A program made the position numbers and the translations under genes. From positions 32,001-96,000 of the forward strand of contig JBNRMN010000063.1 of NCBI GenBank assembly GCA_050309605.1: a stretch of DNA of 64,000 bases. The letters are read 5' to 3'. This DNA is from Anaerohalosphaeraceae bacterium (GTDB lineage Bacteria > Planctomycetota > Phycisphaerae > Sedimentisphaerales > Anaerohalosphaeraceae). Shown here one piece after another: positions 35,524 through 46,016 of this stretch. The notes beneath the pieces were generated by a model. The model was not told the origin of the DNA. It searched no databases and was given only the letters and a program-made list of their open reading frames with translations. Numbering within the stretch: position 1 is the first letter of the stretch; each line of letters begins with the position of its first letter.

Positions 35524-36501
35524 TTATTCGCGGGTTTGGTTCAAACTCAGTCCGAACGCCGTGGCCCAGTCCACGCGGCTGTTGCGGCGATCCACCATGC
35601 AGGCCGGGCCGTGGTTCATTTCCACTGCGCACAGCACATCGCCGACTTGCGCGGCGACCTGCATCTGTCGGGCCAGTTCGGCGATTTTATCGCACAGATC
35701 ATTCGACGCGCCGCTGCCGGCCAGAAACACCATCCGTTCAATCACCCCGCTGCCCGGAAGCGATTCATAATAACGAACACAGGCGTCAATCTCGGCCAGG
35801 AGCCGCTGCCGCATCGGTTCGCTGTCCAGATCCGCATAACCGATCGAGATCACACGTGCAAAAAGCAGATTGTCCGCCCGACAAATCACGACGTTGGTAT
35901 GACGTGTTCCGACATCCAGTAAAATGGCGATCCGCTCCCGTTCATTGCGTCGGCGGCAGAAAAAGCCGGAATAACTCTGTATCAGCGCCGTCGGCCAGAT
36001 GTTAATGCCCACGACGTTCAGGCCGGTTTTTTCATAGATCGCCAAATATCGATTGACGGTTTCCCGTTCGGCGGCGACCACCAGCACATCGGCGTCCGAT
36101 GCCTTGGCCTCCGGCTGTTCGATGACGATGTACTGAAGCAGCGCCTTGTCGGACGGAAACGGCAGGCGTTTTTGCACCTTCGGAAGGGCTGTTTCCGCCA
36201 GGCGATCCAGCGTCGAGCGAGGCACTTTGATCGGATCAATGAACAAATCATCCGACGGCAGGGCGGTCACGACATCTTTGCCTTTGAATTTGGCCTCATG
36301 CCAGATGTCCTTGATCGCTTCGATGGCCCAATGCTGCCAGGCGGGCGTGCGCACTTCGATCGACTCCGGTTTGGCGCGCAGGCCGGCCGAGACCAGGAAC
36401 GGTCCCTGTCCGTTCATTCCCAACTGCGCCATCCGTAAATAGGTGCTTCCTAAATCCACGCCTATCGGACAAATACGTTTTTTTCCGAAGTTGAACATCA
36501 T
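35524..36501 (-). CDS. pilM: Type IV pilus assembly protein PilM
   Basis: IGVDLGS, LDVG, LAGSGA, AFGLSL actin-like motifs. Confidence 0.88.
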   Translation of the reverse strand: MMFNFGKKRICPIGVDLGSTYLRMAQLGMNGQGPFLVSAGLRAKPESIEVRTPAWQHWAIEAIKDIWHEAKFKGKDVVTALPSDDLFIDPIKVPRSTLDRLAETALPKVQKRLPFPSDKALLQYIVIEQPEAKASDADVLVVAAERETVNRYLAIYEKTGLNVVGINIWPTALIQSYSGFFCRRRNERERIAILLDVGTRHTNVVICRADNLLFARVISIGYADLDSEPMRQRLLAEIDACVRYYESLPGSGVIERMVFLAGSGASNDLCDKIAELARQMQVAAQVGDVLCAVEMNHGPACMVDRRNSRVDWATAFGLSLNQTRE

Positions 36502-36912
36502 CCGTTACGCTTTCTTTCAGACACCGCCCGCGGCTCCGGCGCCGCGGCGAGCAATTTGCTTTCATACGTTTCCGGCTGCCTTCTTGTCGTCTCGATTTGC
36601 CCTGAGCATTAGGACGGAGATGGTATCCGTCTGCAAATTTGCGGCCGTCTTTGACCTTGTATAATGTACGTAATATTTTGCATCGGGCAAAACCGCCGCG
36701 TACGGCCGGCCGGTTCCGCTAACGACCGATAACAAGCAAGGTGGCGGGGGTGATAGGGGCGGATGTTCGTCTGGTCGGATCGGTAAACCCCGAAGGGAGC
36801 GGTCGTGTCGAGATTTTCGCGTCGCCGGTACTGAGGAAGTATGACGGTTCAGTCAGGATAAAAAAGTTGTCCCCCCACAGTCTGACGTCTCCGGCGTGTG
36901 TCCGATAACTTT

Positions 36913-38007
36913 TTAGTCCCGACAGGCCTTGGCCCGGTCAGCGCAGTAGCGGTCGGTCATTCCGGCGATGTAGTCGCAGACCGTTCGCTCCAGCCCTTCG
37001 GTGTCAATCAAGCCGCGATAGTAGCGCGGCATGGCGTCCGGCCGGCGGCACAGCGAGGTAAATAGGGTTCGCAGCCAGCGTCCGGCCTGTTCGGCCGAAG
37101 TCTGAAGGTCGGGATGCAGATACATCTGCTCCATCAGAAATGCCTCAAGCCGACACAAACCGGCTTCCGCTGAAGGACTGAGCCGCACCAATGCTTCCGG
37201 ATAATCGGTCACTTGCCGCCACGTCTCAATGGGCGCTTGTGCCAGGGCGGTTCGGCTGGTTTCAATGGCGTCAATCGCCAGCCAATCCAGCATTCCTTTG
37301 GCCAGGCGCGTGCGGCGCACCACGAAATCCTCGATTCGGTCCAGCCGCTGACGCTCGGCCACCTGCATCACCAAATCCAGCTCGATTAGCTGTTCGTACT
37401 CAATCAGCCGTGCTCGGATGCCGTCTTCCAGATCGTGGCAGTTGTATGCGATGCGGTCGGCCAAATCAGCGATCTGGCCTTCGATTGTCGGACGCACCGG
37501 CCACTTTCCCTGTTCGGCGGGACGGTCATACGGCGAGCTGTGTTTCATCAATCCCAGCCGGGTTTCAAACATCAGATTCAGCCCTGCAAAATCCGGATAG
37601 GGGTGTTCGAGAAAATCCACGATTCGCAGTGCCTGGCGGTTATGCTCAAATCCGCCGCATGCGGCCGTCAGCTCATCGAGCACCGCCTCGCCGCTATGTC
37701 CGAACGGCGGATGTCCCAAATCGTGCGCCAGACAAATTGCCTCGGTCAGAATTTCGTTGACCCCCAGGTTGCGTGCCAGCGTTCGCCCGATCTGGGCCAC
37801 TTCGATACTGTGAGTCAGCCGCGTCCGGTAATGGTCGTTCAGTCCGGTGGTAAAGACCTGCGTTTTGCCCTCCAGCCTGCGAAACGCCGCACAATGAATA
37901 ATGCGGTCGCGGTCGCGTTCAAACGCGCTGCGGTACGGATGAGCCGGCTCGTTATGCCGTCGGCCTCGGCTGTTGGATTCGCGAACGGCAAAGGGCGCAT
38001 CCTGCAT
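36913..38007 (-). CDS. dgt: dNTP triphosphohydrolase (dGTPase-like, HD domain)
   Basis: RDRDRIIH, FRRLEGKTQV, RTRLTHS, AHDLGHPPFGHSGE, DYIAGMTD. Confidence 0.93.
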   Translation of the reverse strand: MQDAPFAVRESNSRGRRHNEPAHPYRSAFERDRDRIIHCAAFRRLEGKTQVFTTGLNDHYRTRLTHSIEVAQIGRTLARNLGVNEILTEAICLAHDLGHPPFGHSGEAVLDELTAACGGFEHNRQALRIVDFLEHPYPDFAGLNLMFETRLGLMKHSSPYDRPAEQGKWPVRPTIEGQIADLADRIAYNCHDLEDGIRARLIEYEQLIELDLVMQVAERQRLDRIEDFVVRRTRLAKGMLDWLAIDAIETSRTALAQAPIETWRQVTDYPEALVRLSPSAEAGLCRLEAFLMEQMYLHPDLQTSAEQAGRWLRTLFTSLCRRPDAMPRYYRGLIDTEGLERTVCDYIAGMTDRYCADRAKACRD

Positions 38008-38014
38008 AACGGTC

Positions 38015-38551
38015 TTATCCTCCCGGCCCGCCGCCGATGGAAAGGGTCTTGCCGATGTCAACGAGCTGGCGGTACAGTTCGTCCAGTCCCTGACTGATGA
38101 CGTCTGTATCACTGCACACGTGCATATAATTCGTATCGCCGTTCCATCGCGGCACGACGTGGATATGCACATGGCCGGGCAGTCCCGCTCCGGCGCAGCG
38201 GCCAAAATTCATCCCCACGTTGAATCCGTGCGGACCGATGGCCGTTTTTAACACCCGCTGGCTGTCGCGCACCAGCCGCATCAGTGCCAGCAGTTCTTCG
38301 TCCGTCGCCTGATCCAGATCCGGAACATGGCGCGTCGGGGCAATCAGCAGATGACCATTGTTATAGGGGAACTTGTTGAAAACGACGATGGCGTGGGCGG
38401 TGCGCCACAGGACGTAATTGTCGGCGTCTTTGTCCGGCGTCGCCAGATAATCGCACAAAAAACAATCACTCTGGCCGCTTAGTCCCTGAATGTATTTGAT
38501 GCGCCACGGCGCCCACAGATTGTTGCGTTCCAACGGCCCGTATTCACTCAT
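38015..38551 (-). CDS. HIT family nucleotide hydrolase
   Basis: LWAPWR, NKFPYNNGH, HVHIHVVPRW. Confidence 0.93.
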   Translation of the reverse strand: MSEYGPLERNNLWAPWRIKYIQGLSGQSDCFLCDYLATPDKDADNYVLWRTAHAIVVFNKFPYNNGHLLIAPTRHVPDLDQATDEELLALMRLVRDSQRVLKTAIGPHGFNVGMNFGRCAGAGLPGHVHIHVVPRWNGDTNYMHVCSDTDVISQGLDELYRQLVDIGKTLSIGGGPGG

Positions 38552-39549
38552 TTCAGCAGCTCAATAGAGATGGTTTGCTCGACGTTGAGAACCGGTTTGG
38601 AATCGCCCAGCGGCAGCATAAAGTCGGCCAGGACCTTCATCGTGTACGCCTGATGGTCTTTTTCAAGGATGCCCCGGTCGATATTGAACACCTGTGTTCC
38701 GCCGCCGCTGATGGATTCAAAGCGATACCGCCGCAAAAAACCGAACAGCCCGCGCATCTGAAAGGTTCCTTCATAAGGCAGCGGAATATCCCTCAAAAAG
38801 TCATCCGTCAGTTCATACGTGCCGGTGATACGGGCTTGTCGTTGATTGTTTTCTTCGGTGATCTCTTCCAGTGTGTACGTCGTGATCCGCGTGGGCGGAT
38901 TCGGCACCGGCGCCGGCCAGGGCAGCAGCTGCCGTGTCTGCCAGCGTGATCCGGCGGACAATCCGCTCAGCGGTTCGTCAATCGAGGCGATGGTGTCCCA
39001 CACGTACCACTGGAGGGCGATCAAATCGCTGATCATATCCGGATCTTTGACGCGCCCGGCCGAGGCGCGCGTCTGGGCAAAGGCCTTGTCGCCCAATTCA
39101 CGAACGACGCGCTTGAAATCCGTCATATCTTCAATCTGTCCGGTCGGCGTCAGGGTCAGTGTAAACGGCAATTCCGGAAGCGATTCGACGGCGTCGCTTG
39201 TTCCGTTGCGACCCGAAAAAGTCGTTCGCGTTACCTTGGCCGATTCGCAGGTCACGTTGAGCCGGGTCAATCCGAACAGATCGACCTCGACGGGGGTATA
39301 AACCATCACCAGCTCCAGCCGTTCGGTCATGGTCTGCGGAGCCGATTGCCGGGCGCCGGACTCGCCTTTCAGGTCAATGCGGGTTTGACGCTGCGAGATC
39401 ATCCGGTAACGCAGCGGCTGGTGTTCTTCAAAGTTGACCAGCAGCAGCTCGCCGGTCACGGACGGTCCCCCGCAGCCGCTGAGCACAAGAACCGCCGCAA
39501 GGCAGAGGCAACAAAACAGTCTTGAATGCACGCTCGATCCTTCGTTCAA
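38548..39549 (-). CDS. Hypothetical lipoprotein (paralog of the upstream gene)
   Basis: Lipobox LSGC; beta-rich; ATGA overlap with the HIT gene. Confidence 0.75.
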   Translation of the reverse strand: MNEGSSVHSRLFCCLCLAAVLVLSGCGGPSVTGELLLVNFEEHQPLRYRMISQRQTRIDLKGESGARQSAPQTMTERLELVMVYTPVEVDLFGLTRLNVTCESAKVTRTTFSGRNGTSDAVESLPELPFTLTLTPTGQIEDMTDFKRVVRELGDKAFAQTRASAGRVKDPDMISDLIALQWYVWDTIASIDEPLSGLSAGSRWQTRQLLPWPAPVPNPPTRITTYTLEEITEENNQRQARITGTYELTDDFLRDIPLPYEGTFQMRGLFGFLRRYRFESISGGGTQVFNIDRGILEKDHQAYTMKVLADFMLPLGDSKPVLNVEQTISIELLK

Positions 39550-40515
39550 TCAGGGTTGCAGTTTTTTCATCGAAATACGATGCGTAAACCGCATAATCAG
39601 CGTGTCCGGCACGGCGCCTTCCGGTGCGTTGGAGGGCATTTCCTGGGCCAGATAGGTGCTGATCAGCGTCTCGTCGTATTCAAGGACATCGCCGTTTTCC
39701 ATATCCAGCAGCAGTGTGCCGGTGTAGTCGTCCTGGCTGTCGAACATGCGGGCAAAAAATCCCATCCCTGCGGCGGAGATCTGCCCCTGCTCCGGCGCCG
39801 GCTCAGCGCTTTCCATCGCGTTCATTTCAATGACGGCGACGTTTCGTCCGTTTTGTGTTTCAATCCCTTTGAGGGTATAGACCTTTTCAAAGCTCTTGGG
39901 CGACAGCAGGCCCGGCGGTGAAGGTTCAATCTGCCGCCAGGACTTTTTGACCGCCACAGAATCGCCGTTAATGCCCCACAGCGCGGGGATCTGATGGCGT
40001 TCACGAATGCCTTCTTCGTTGACCAAACGCTCGGCCAGACGCCCTTCGAATCCGGCGGTAACCGCTTTTTGGGCGGCTTGGGAGTCAAAACCGACCACCT
40101 TGCCCTCCGGCGAAATCCGAACCGTGTAGCGCTGGCCAATCAGCCGCATCAGCGGGTTGCCTCGATCCGCCTCGCGGGTGCTGTCAAACACAAGCCGCTC
40201 TTCGTTTTTATTGGTCATATAGACTGACAAACGGTCAATCGTGACCGCACAGGTGGCCACGCCCTGGTCGTCCACGTCAGCGACCGTTTGCGTGTAACCG
40301 ACCCGGATCAGGGTCTTGGTCTGCTCTTCGCGCAGTTTATCCATCGTCGGCTGTTCAAAACGAAAATCTTTGGTCACTTCGGTGGTGATCTCGTAGGAAG
40401 CCGTTGATTCGGGAGTAAATTGAAGCGCCACCCGGGCCGAAGGACCGCACCCCGAGACCACTGTCAACAGAACCAAGGCGACCGACGCTGCGATGAGACT
40501 TGTTTTGCCCGACAT
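39550..40515 (-). CDS. Hypothetical lipoprotein (DUF6263-like)
   Basis: Lipobox VSGC; FDS motif; AAGGAG RBS. Confidence 0.75.
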   Translation of the reverse strand: MSGKTSLIAASVALVLLTVVSGCGPSARVALQFTPESTASYEITTEVTKDFRFEQPTMDKLREEQTKTLIRVGYTQTVADVDDQGVATCAVTIDRLSVYMTNKNEERLVFDSTREADRGNPLMRLIGQRYTVRISPEGKVVGFDSQAAQKAVTAGFEGRLAERLVNEEGIRERHQIPALWGINGDSVAVKKSWRQIEPSPPGLLSPKSFEKVYTLKGIETQNGRNVAVIEMNAMESAEPAPEQGQISAAGMGFFARMFDSQDDYTGTLLLDMENGDVLEYDETLISTYLAQEMPSNAPEGAVPDTLIMRFTHRISMKKLQP

Positions 40516-40571
40516 AATGTTCTCCTTAGAAAACCGGTATAACCTCTGCGTTTGCATCAACATTAGATGCA

Positions 40572-40600
40572 ATTATAGCCCCTTGGCGCGCCCTTGACAA
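40572..40600 (-). promoter_or_regulatory. Putative sigma70 promoter of the lipoprotein-HIT-dGTPase operon
   Basis: Minus strand TTGTCA-17 bp-TATAAT. Confidence 0.6.
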
Positions 40601-40804
40601 CAGATAAATAGCGGATTTAACAGGAATTCCGAAAAGTTGCCTCCGTGAATGGATCGCCCGTTCATTCCGGCTCGAGTCGAAGATGCCGGTGTTTTTCAGG
40701 ATTTTTGGGTTTGTCTATCCTTCCGGAGCGACTATACTTTTTATCTTACGACCGTAATGGATGATAAGCGAACATCGATTTCTGAGATTATGGAGATTGA
40801 GACT

Positions 40805-42475
40805 ATGAAAAGTGACGCCGTTAAAGAGGGTTTTCAGCGTGCCCCGCATCGGGCGCTGCTGCGTGCCTGCGGATTAAAGTCAGAAGATGTCAGGAAACCG
40901 TTTATTGCCATTGCCAACAGCTACTGCGACATTGTCCCCGGCCATGTGCACCTGCACGAGGTGGCCAAGGTAGTCAAACAGGCAGTGCGCGACGCCGGCG
41001 GCATTCCGTTCGAGTTCAACAGCATTGCCGTTTGCGACGGTATCGCTATGGGACACGGCGGAATGAAATACTCCCTGCCGTCGCGTGAGATCATCGCCGA
41101 TGCGGTCGAAACGATGTGCCGGGCGCATTGCTTTGACGGGATGATCTGTATCCCCAATTGCGACAAAGTTGTGCCCGGTATGCTGATGGCCGCGATGCGG
41201 ATTAACATCCCGACGCTGTTTGTTTCCGGTGGGCCGATGAAAGCCGGCAAGACCAAAGACGGTAAGTCGGCCGATTTAATCACGATTTTTGAAGGGGTCG
41301 CCGCCTACAACGCCGGCACAATCACCGAAGACCGTCTGACCGAGCTGGAATGTGCCGGCTGCCCGACCCAGGGCAGTTGTTCGGGGATGTTCACTGCCAA
41401 CAGTATGAACTGTCTGTGCGAGGCCATCGGGCTGGCCCTGCCGGGCAATGGAACCATCCTGGCGGTCGATCCGAAACGTCAGGAATTGTACAAAAAAGCG
41501 GGCCGACGGATCGTCGAATTGGTCAAAGAAGACCTCAAACCGCTCGATATTGTCTCAGAAAAGTCGATAGACAATGCCTTTGTTCTTGATATGGCCATGG
41601 GCGGCTCGACCAATACCGTCCTGCACACGCTGGCGATTGCCAACGAAGCGGGAATTCGATACGATCTCGACCGGATCAATACCATCAGCGACAAATGTCC
41701 CAATATCTGCAAGGTCTCCCCGTCCAGCGACTGGCACATTGAGGATGTCGATGCCGCCGGCGGTATCAGTGCCATTCTAAAGGAAATCAGCACGATTCCG
41801 GGTCTGCTGCACACCGACAGCAAGACCGTAACCGGCAAAACCCTCGGCCAAAACATCGCTGATGCGGAGATTAAGAATACCGACTGTATCCACAAAGTCG
41901 CTGAGGCCTACTCAAAAACCGGCGGCCTGGCCATCCTGCGCGGGAATCTGGCCCCGAACGGCTGCGTGGTCAAATCCGCCGGCGTGGCCTCGTCGATGCT
42001 CAAACATTCCGGCCCGGCGGTCATTTTTGAAAGCCAGGAAGAGGCCTGTGAGGGAATCCTGGCCGGCAAGGTCAAACCCGGCGACGTGGTCATCATCCGT
42101 TACGAAGGCCCCAAGGGCGGCCCCGGCATGCAGGAAATGCTTAGCCCCACCAGCTATATTATGGGCGCCGGGCTGGGCGAATCAGTCGCATTGATTACCG
42201 ACGGGCGGTTTTCCGGCGGCACGCGCGGCGCGTGCATCGGCCATGTCAGCCCTGAAGCCGCCGTCGGCGGGCCGATTGCGCTGCTGGAGCCGGGCGATAC
42301 GGTCAGCATCGATATTCCCGCCCGCACGATTCGCGTCGAGCTGTCAGACGACGCGTTGGCCAAACGCAAAGCCGCCTGGACGCCCCGACCGCCGCGCATC
42401 ACCTACGGCGCCTTGGGCAAATACGCTGCTATGGCCACCAGCGCCGACACGGGCGGCGTCTTGAAGTGGGACTAA
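40805..42475 (+). CDS. ilvD: Dihydroxy-acid dehydratase
   Basis: [44 protein letters not shown]. Confidence 0.97.
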   Translation: MKSDAVKEGFQRAPHRALLRACGLKSEDVRKPFIAIANSYCDIVPGHVHLHEVAKVVKQAVRDAGGIPFEFNSIAVCDGIAMGHGGMKYSLPSREIIADAVETMCRAHCFDGMICIPNCDKVVPGMLMAAMRINIPTLFVSGGPMKAGKTKDGKSADLITIFEGVAAYNAGTITEDRLTELECAGCPTQGSCSGMFTANSMNCLCEAIGLALPGNGTILAVDPKRQELYKKAGRRIVELVKEDLKPLDIVSEKSIDNAFVLDMAMGGSTNTVLHTLAIANEAGIRYDLDRINTISDKCPNICKVSPSSDWHIEDVDAAGGISAILKEISTIPGLLHTDSKTVTGKTLGQNIADAEIKNTDCIHKVAEAYSKTGGLAILRGNLAPNGCVVKSAGVASSMLKHSGPAVIFESQEEACEGILAGKVKPGDVVIIRYEGPKGGPGMQEMLSPTSYIMGAGLGESVALITDGRFSGGTRGACIGHVSPEAAVGGPIALLEPGDTVSIDIPARTIRVELSDDALAKRKAAWTPRPPRITYGALGKYAAMATSADTGGVLKWD

Positions 42476-42520
42476 AAAAACGCTTATCGATGTGCTTCGA
42501 GAACAACCACAGGGGAATAG

Positions 42521-43942
42521 ATGCAGACGCTGAATGTTGATGTGGCGGTCATCGGGGCCGGTACGGCCGGACTGGTGGCGCTGCGGGAAATCCGTCAGGT
42601 TACCGACCGATTTGTGCTGATTCAGGACGGCCCGATGGGCACGACCTGCGCCCGGGTGGGCTGTATGCCCTCCAAGGTCCTGATCCAGACGGCCGAGGAC
42701 TATCACCGTCGCACGGCATTGGCCAAAAAAGGCATCCAAAATGCCGACGCGCTGCGAGTGGACGGCGCTGAGGTAATGCGCTATGTGCGAAAATTGCGCG
42801 ATTATTTTACGGATGGAATGATTGAAAAAACGCGGCGTTTCGGCGACAAGCTGATCCGGGGACGGGCCCGTTTCCTGGATGTCCATCGTCTGGAGGCCGC
42901 CGGACGTATCATTGAGGCCAAACGCATTATCATCGCGACCGGCTCGCGTCCCATTGTGCCCAAGCCGTGGGCGGCCCTGGGCAATCGGGTTCTGACCAGT
43001 GATACCATTTTTGAAATCGATACCCTGCCCAAATCGCTGGCCGTGATCGGATTGGGCGTCATCGGCGCCGAACTGGGCCAGGCGATGGGGCGTTTGGGGG
43101 TGGACGTGGTCGGCATTGCCCGCTCCGGACGCATCGCCGGATTGTCCGATCCGGAAGTTACCGCCTCGGCGGTTGACGCGCTCTCACAGGACATGACACT
43201 CTGGAGCGGTTATACCGCCCAGATTTCCGCCGACGGCAACATGCTCAGCGTCAGTGCCGGCCCGTACAAAAAAGAAGTCCAGGCAATTCTGGTCAGCGTC
43301 GGACGTCGGCCCAACGTCGATGATTTGGGGCTGGAGCGGCTGGGTGTAAAGATGGATGACAAGGGCGTCCCGCGATACAATCCGGAGACCCTGCAAGTCG
43401 GCGATTTGCCGATTTTCATTGCCGGCGACGCCAACGCCAAAGACCCCATCCTGCACGAGGCCTGGGACGACGGACGGGTGGCCGGGTATAACGCCGTGCG
43501 CGACGAGCCGGCCTGTTTCAAACGCCGCACCCCGCTGAAGATCACGTTTACCGACCCGAACATCGTCCTGGTCGGCAGGCACTGCGATCAACTGGACATC
43601 GATTCGTGTGTGGTGGGGCGCGTGGACTTTGCCGACCAGGGGCGTGCACTGATTCAGGACAAAAATCACGGCCTGTTGAAACTGTACGCAGACCCGAAGT
43701 CCGGCAGGCTGTTGGGCGCTGAACTGTGCGCCCCGGCCGGTGAACATCTCGGCCATCTGCTGGCCTGGGCCATTCAGCGGGAAATGACCGTCTTTGACGC
43801 GCTGCGGATGCCTTTTTATCATCCGGTCATTGAGGAAGGACTCCGCTCGGCCCTGCAGGCGATGACCGCCGACATCGCCGAACCGCCGCACTTTCCCGAA
43901 CTGGCCTTCTGCGACGAATCGCCGACCTCGCCGTTATCGTAG
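42521..43942 (+). CDS. Dihydrolipoyl dehydrogenase-like pyridine nucleotide-disulfide oxidoreductase
   Basis: GAGTAG, GTTCARVGCMPSK, FYHPVIEEG. Confidence 0.88.
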   Translation: MQTLNVDVAVIGAGTAGLVALREIRQVTDRFVLIQDGPMGTTCARVGCMPSKVLIQTAEDYHRRTALAKKGIQNADALRVDGAEVMRYVRKLRDYFTDGMIEKTRRFGDKLIRGRARFLDVHRLEAAGRIIEAKRIIIATGSRPIVPKPWAALGNRVLTSDTIFEIDTLPKSLAVIGLGVIGAELGQAMGRLGVDVVGIARSGRIAGLSDPEVTASAVDALSQDMTLWSGYTAQISADGNMLSVSAGPYKKEVQAILVSVGRRPNVDDLGLERLGVKMDDKGVPRYNPETLQVGDLPIFIAGDANAKDPILHEAWDDGRVAGYNAVRDEPACFKRRTPLKITFTDPNIVLVGRHCDQLDIDSCVVGRVDFADQGRALIQDKNHGLLKLYADPKSGRLLGAELCAPAGEHLGHLLAWAIQREMTVFDALRMPFYHPVIEEGLRSALQAMTADIAEPPHFPELAFCDESPTSPLS

Positions 43943-43970
43943 CGTCAGAAGCCAGAAGACCGGCGGCTTG

Positions 43971-45986
43971 TCACAGCGCATCAAAACGCGCGGCGGTGAC
44001 AATTTCCATACGGCATTCGGGAATCGCGGCCAGAAACTGCCGGCCGTAGTGTTTCTGGACGATACGGCTGTCCAGAACAACAACCATACCCGTATCACTC
44101 TTGCTGCGAATCAATCGGCCGAAGCCCTGCTTGAACTTGATAATCGCCATCGGGAGCTGATACTCCATAAACGGATTCTGGCCGTGTTGGCGCATCCGCT
44201 CGATGCGTCCCTGAATCAGCGGGTGGCTGGGCACGGCAAACGGCAGCCGCACGATGATGACATTCGACAGTGCCTCGCCGGGCACATCGACACCCTGCCA
44301 GAAGCTGTCGGTGCCGAATAAAACGTATCGCCCATCCTGCTTAAACAGGTTCAGCATCCGGTCGCGATCCAGACCGCTTCCCTGGGCCAGCAGTTTCATC
44401 TCCTGCCGGTCAAGCCAGTCTTCGAGCCGCTCGGCTGTTTGCCGCAGCATCGCATAGCTGGTAAACAGCACAAACGCCCGCCCTTGACTTTTGAGCAGGT
44501 ACTTTTGAATGGTGTTCGCGGCCTTGTCGATAAAGTCCGGCGCATTGGGGTCGGGCATGTCCGCCTCAATGTACAAGGTGACCTGACGCGCATAGTCAAA
44601 CGGCGAGCCGACCTGCAGGGCCTCAAATGTATCCAGCCCGATCCGCTCGGCAAAGAAGGCAAAGCCTTGTTTGTTCGCCTGCCCGCAACTGAGTGTTGCG
44701 CTGGTCAAAATCACAGCCTTGTGCGGCCCGAACAGCCGCTGGCGCAAATACGGCGCCACATCCAGCGGGGCGGCCCGCAGCGTAATGCGTCTGTATTTGC
44801 CGTTTTCCGCCTCGACCCAATAGATGCAGTCCTCCCGTGTTTGCTGCAGAAAGTCGCGCAAATCCGCCTCCGTCTCCGCCAATCGGTCGATGCTGCGGCC
44901 CAACTCAAACTTGTCTTCTTCATCCTTGAGCGACTTGACCAAACGCACCAGGCTCAGCCGCAGTTCTTTGAGCGAGCCGGACAGATTGTCATCCACAAAG
45001 CCCGCCTCGCACCGTCCGCCGGTCTCCTCGCCGGCATGGGCAAACCAGGCCTGCACCTGTGCAAAAAAGACCTGCTGGGCCGTGCGGCACTGCCGAACGC
45101 ACCGGCGGGCCTCGTCGGCGTCATTGAGCCAGGCCAGCAGACCCCGCCGCCGCCGCACATGATACAGCCGATCCAGCAGCGAGGCGATGGTGTATTGACT
45201 GATATGGATACCGAAATGCTCCTCGGCGACATGCTCGATGGTATGCGCCTCGTCGAGCACGATATAGTCGTAATCGGGAAGCACCCCGACTCCTTCGCTC
45301 TTCAGTGCCAGATCGCTGAACAACAGGGCGTGATTGGCGACGATGATATCCGCCGCTTCAAGCTGCCGCCGTGCCCGCCAGTAAAAACACCGGCTGTAAT
45401 AACCGCACTGTCGCCCCTTGCAGTTGCCGTGTTCGCTCTGAACCGCCTGCCAGACCTGCGGCGAGGGCAGTTCGGGCAGGTCGCTGAGTGTGCCGTCTTC
45501 GGTGCGGGCGGCCCAATCGGCAATCGCGATCAGTTCCACGCCGCTGTCGTCAAACAAGCGCTGCTGACGATGTTTGGCGTAGTCCAGCCGACGTTTGCAC
45601 AGATAATGGCCGCGGCCTTTGGCCAGACGGACAACAACAGCCTCATCCAGCAGTGCTTCGAGAAAAGGAATGTCTTTCTGAACAAGCTGCTGCTGAAGAT
45701 TGATGGTGTACGTGCTGATGACCACACGGCCGGCCTTGCGCAGCGCGACATCCATCGCCGCAGCCAAATAGGCAAAGCTCTTGCCCACGCCGGTGCCGGC
45801 CTCGACCGCCAGGTGAAAGTGTTCACGAAAGGCCTGCTGCGCACGCCGGGCCATCGCGAGCTGCTGCGGCCGCGATTCAAAACAGGCCCATTGCCGGGCC
45901 GCCCGTCCCTGCTCACCCAGCAGTGTTTCGGCGTCAAGTCCGCTTGGTTGTTCGGCAAACGAAATCACCCGCAGTCCCCCGGACAC
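43971..45986 (-). CDS. DinG/YoaA family Fe-S DNA helicase
   Basis: EAGTGVGKS, Cys cluster, LDEAH, TSATL, FWQGVD, KQGFGRLIR. Confidence 0.92.
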   Translation of the reverse strand: MSGGLRVISFAEQPSGLDAETLLGEQGRAARQWACFESRPQQLAMARRAQQAFREHFHLAVEAGTGVGKSFAYLAAAMDVALRKAGRVVISTYTINLQQQLVQKDIPFLEALLDEAVVVRLAKGRGHYLCKRRLDYAKHRQQRLFDDSGVELIAIADWAARTEDGTLSDLPELPSPQVWQAVQSEHGNCKGRQCGYYSRCFYWRARRQLEAADIIVANHALLFSDLALKSEGVGVLPDYDYIVLDEAHTIEHVAEEHFGIHISQYTIASLLDRLYHVRRRRGLLAWLNDADEARRCVRQCRTAQQVFFAQVQAWFAHAGEETGGRCEAGFVDDNLSGSLKELRLSLVRLVKSLKDEEDKFELGRSIDRLAETEADLRDFLQQTREDCIYWVEAENGKYRRITLRAAPLDVAPYLRQRLFGPHKAVILTSATLSCGQANKQGFAFFAERIGLDTFEALQVGSPFDYARQVTLYIEADMPDPNAPDFIDKAANTIQKYLLKSQGRAFVLFTSYAMLRQTAERLEDWLDRQEMKLLAQGSGLDRDRMLNLFKQDGRYVLFGTDSFWQGVDVPGEALSNVIIVRLPFAVPSHPLIQGRIERMRQHGQNPFMEYQLPMAIIKFKQGFGRLIRSKSDTGMVVVLDSRIVQKHYGRQFLAAIPECRMEIVTAARFDAL

Positions 45987-46016
45987 GCAACATCCATCAT
46001 GGCGGCGGCCTTCCGC

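Noticed and set aside
36684..36730. c-di-GMP-I (GEMM) riboswitch upstream of pilM
   Set aside because: GGCAAAACCG...CGGT has only a superficial resemblance, lacks the GNRA loop and GACGCAAA, and is on the strand opposite pilM.
36913..38007. dGTPase as an antiphage system
   Set aside because: It looks like the ordinary short housekeeping form with host-like GC in a non-island operon.
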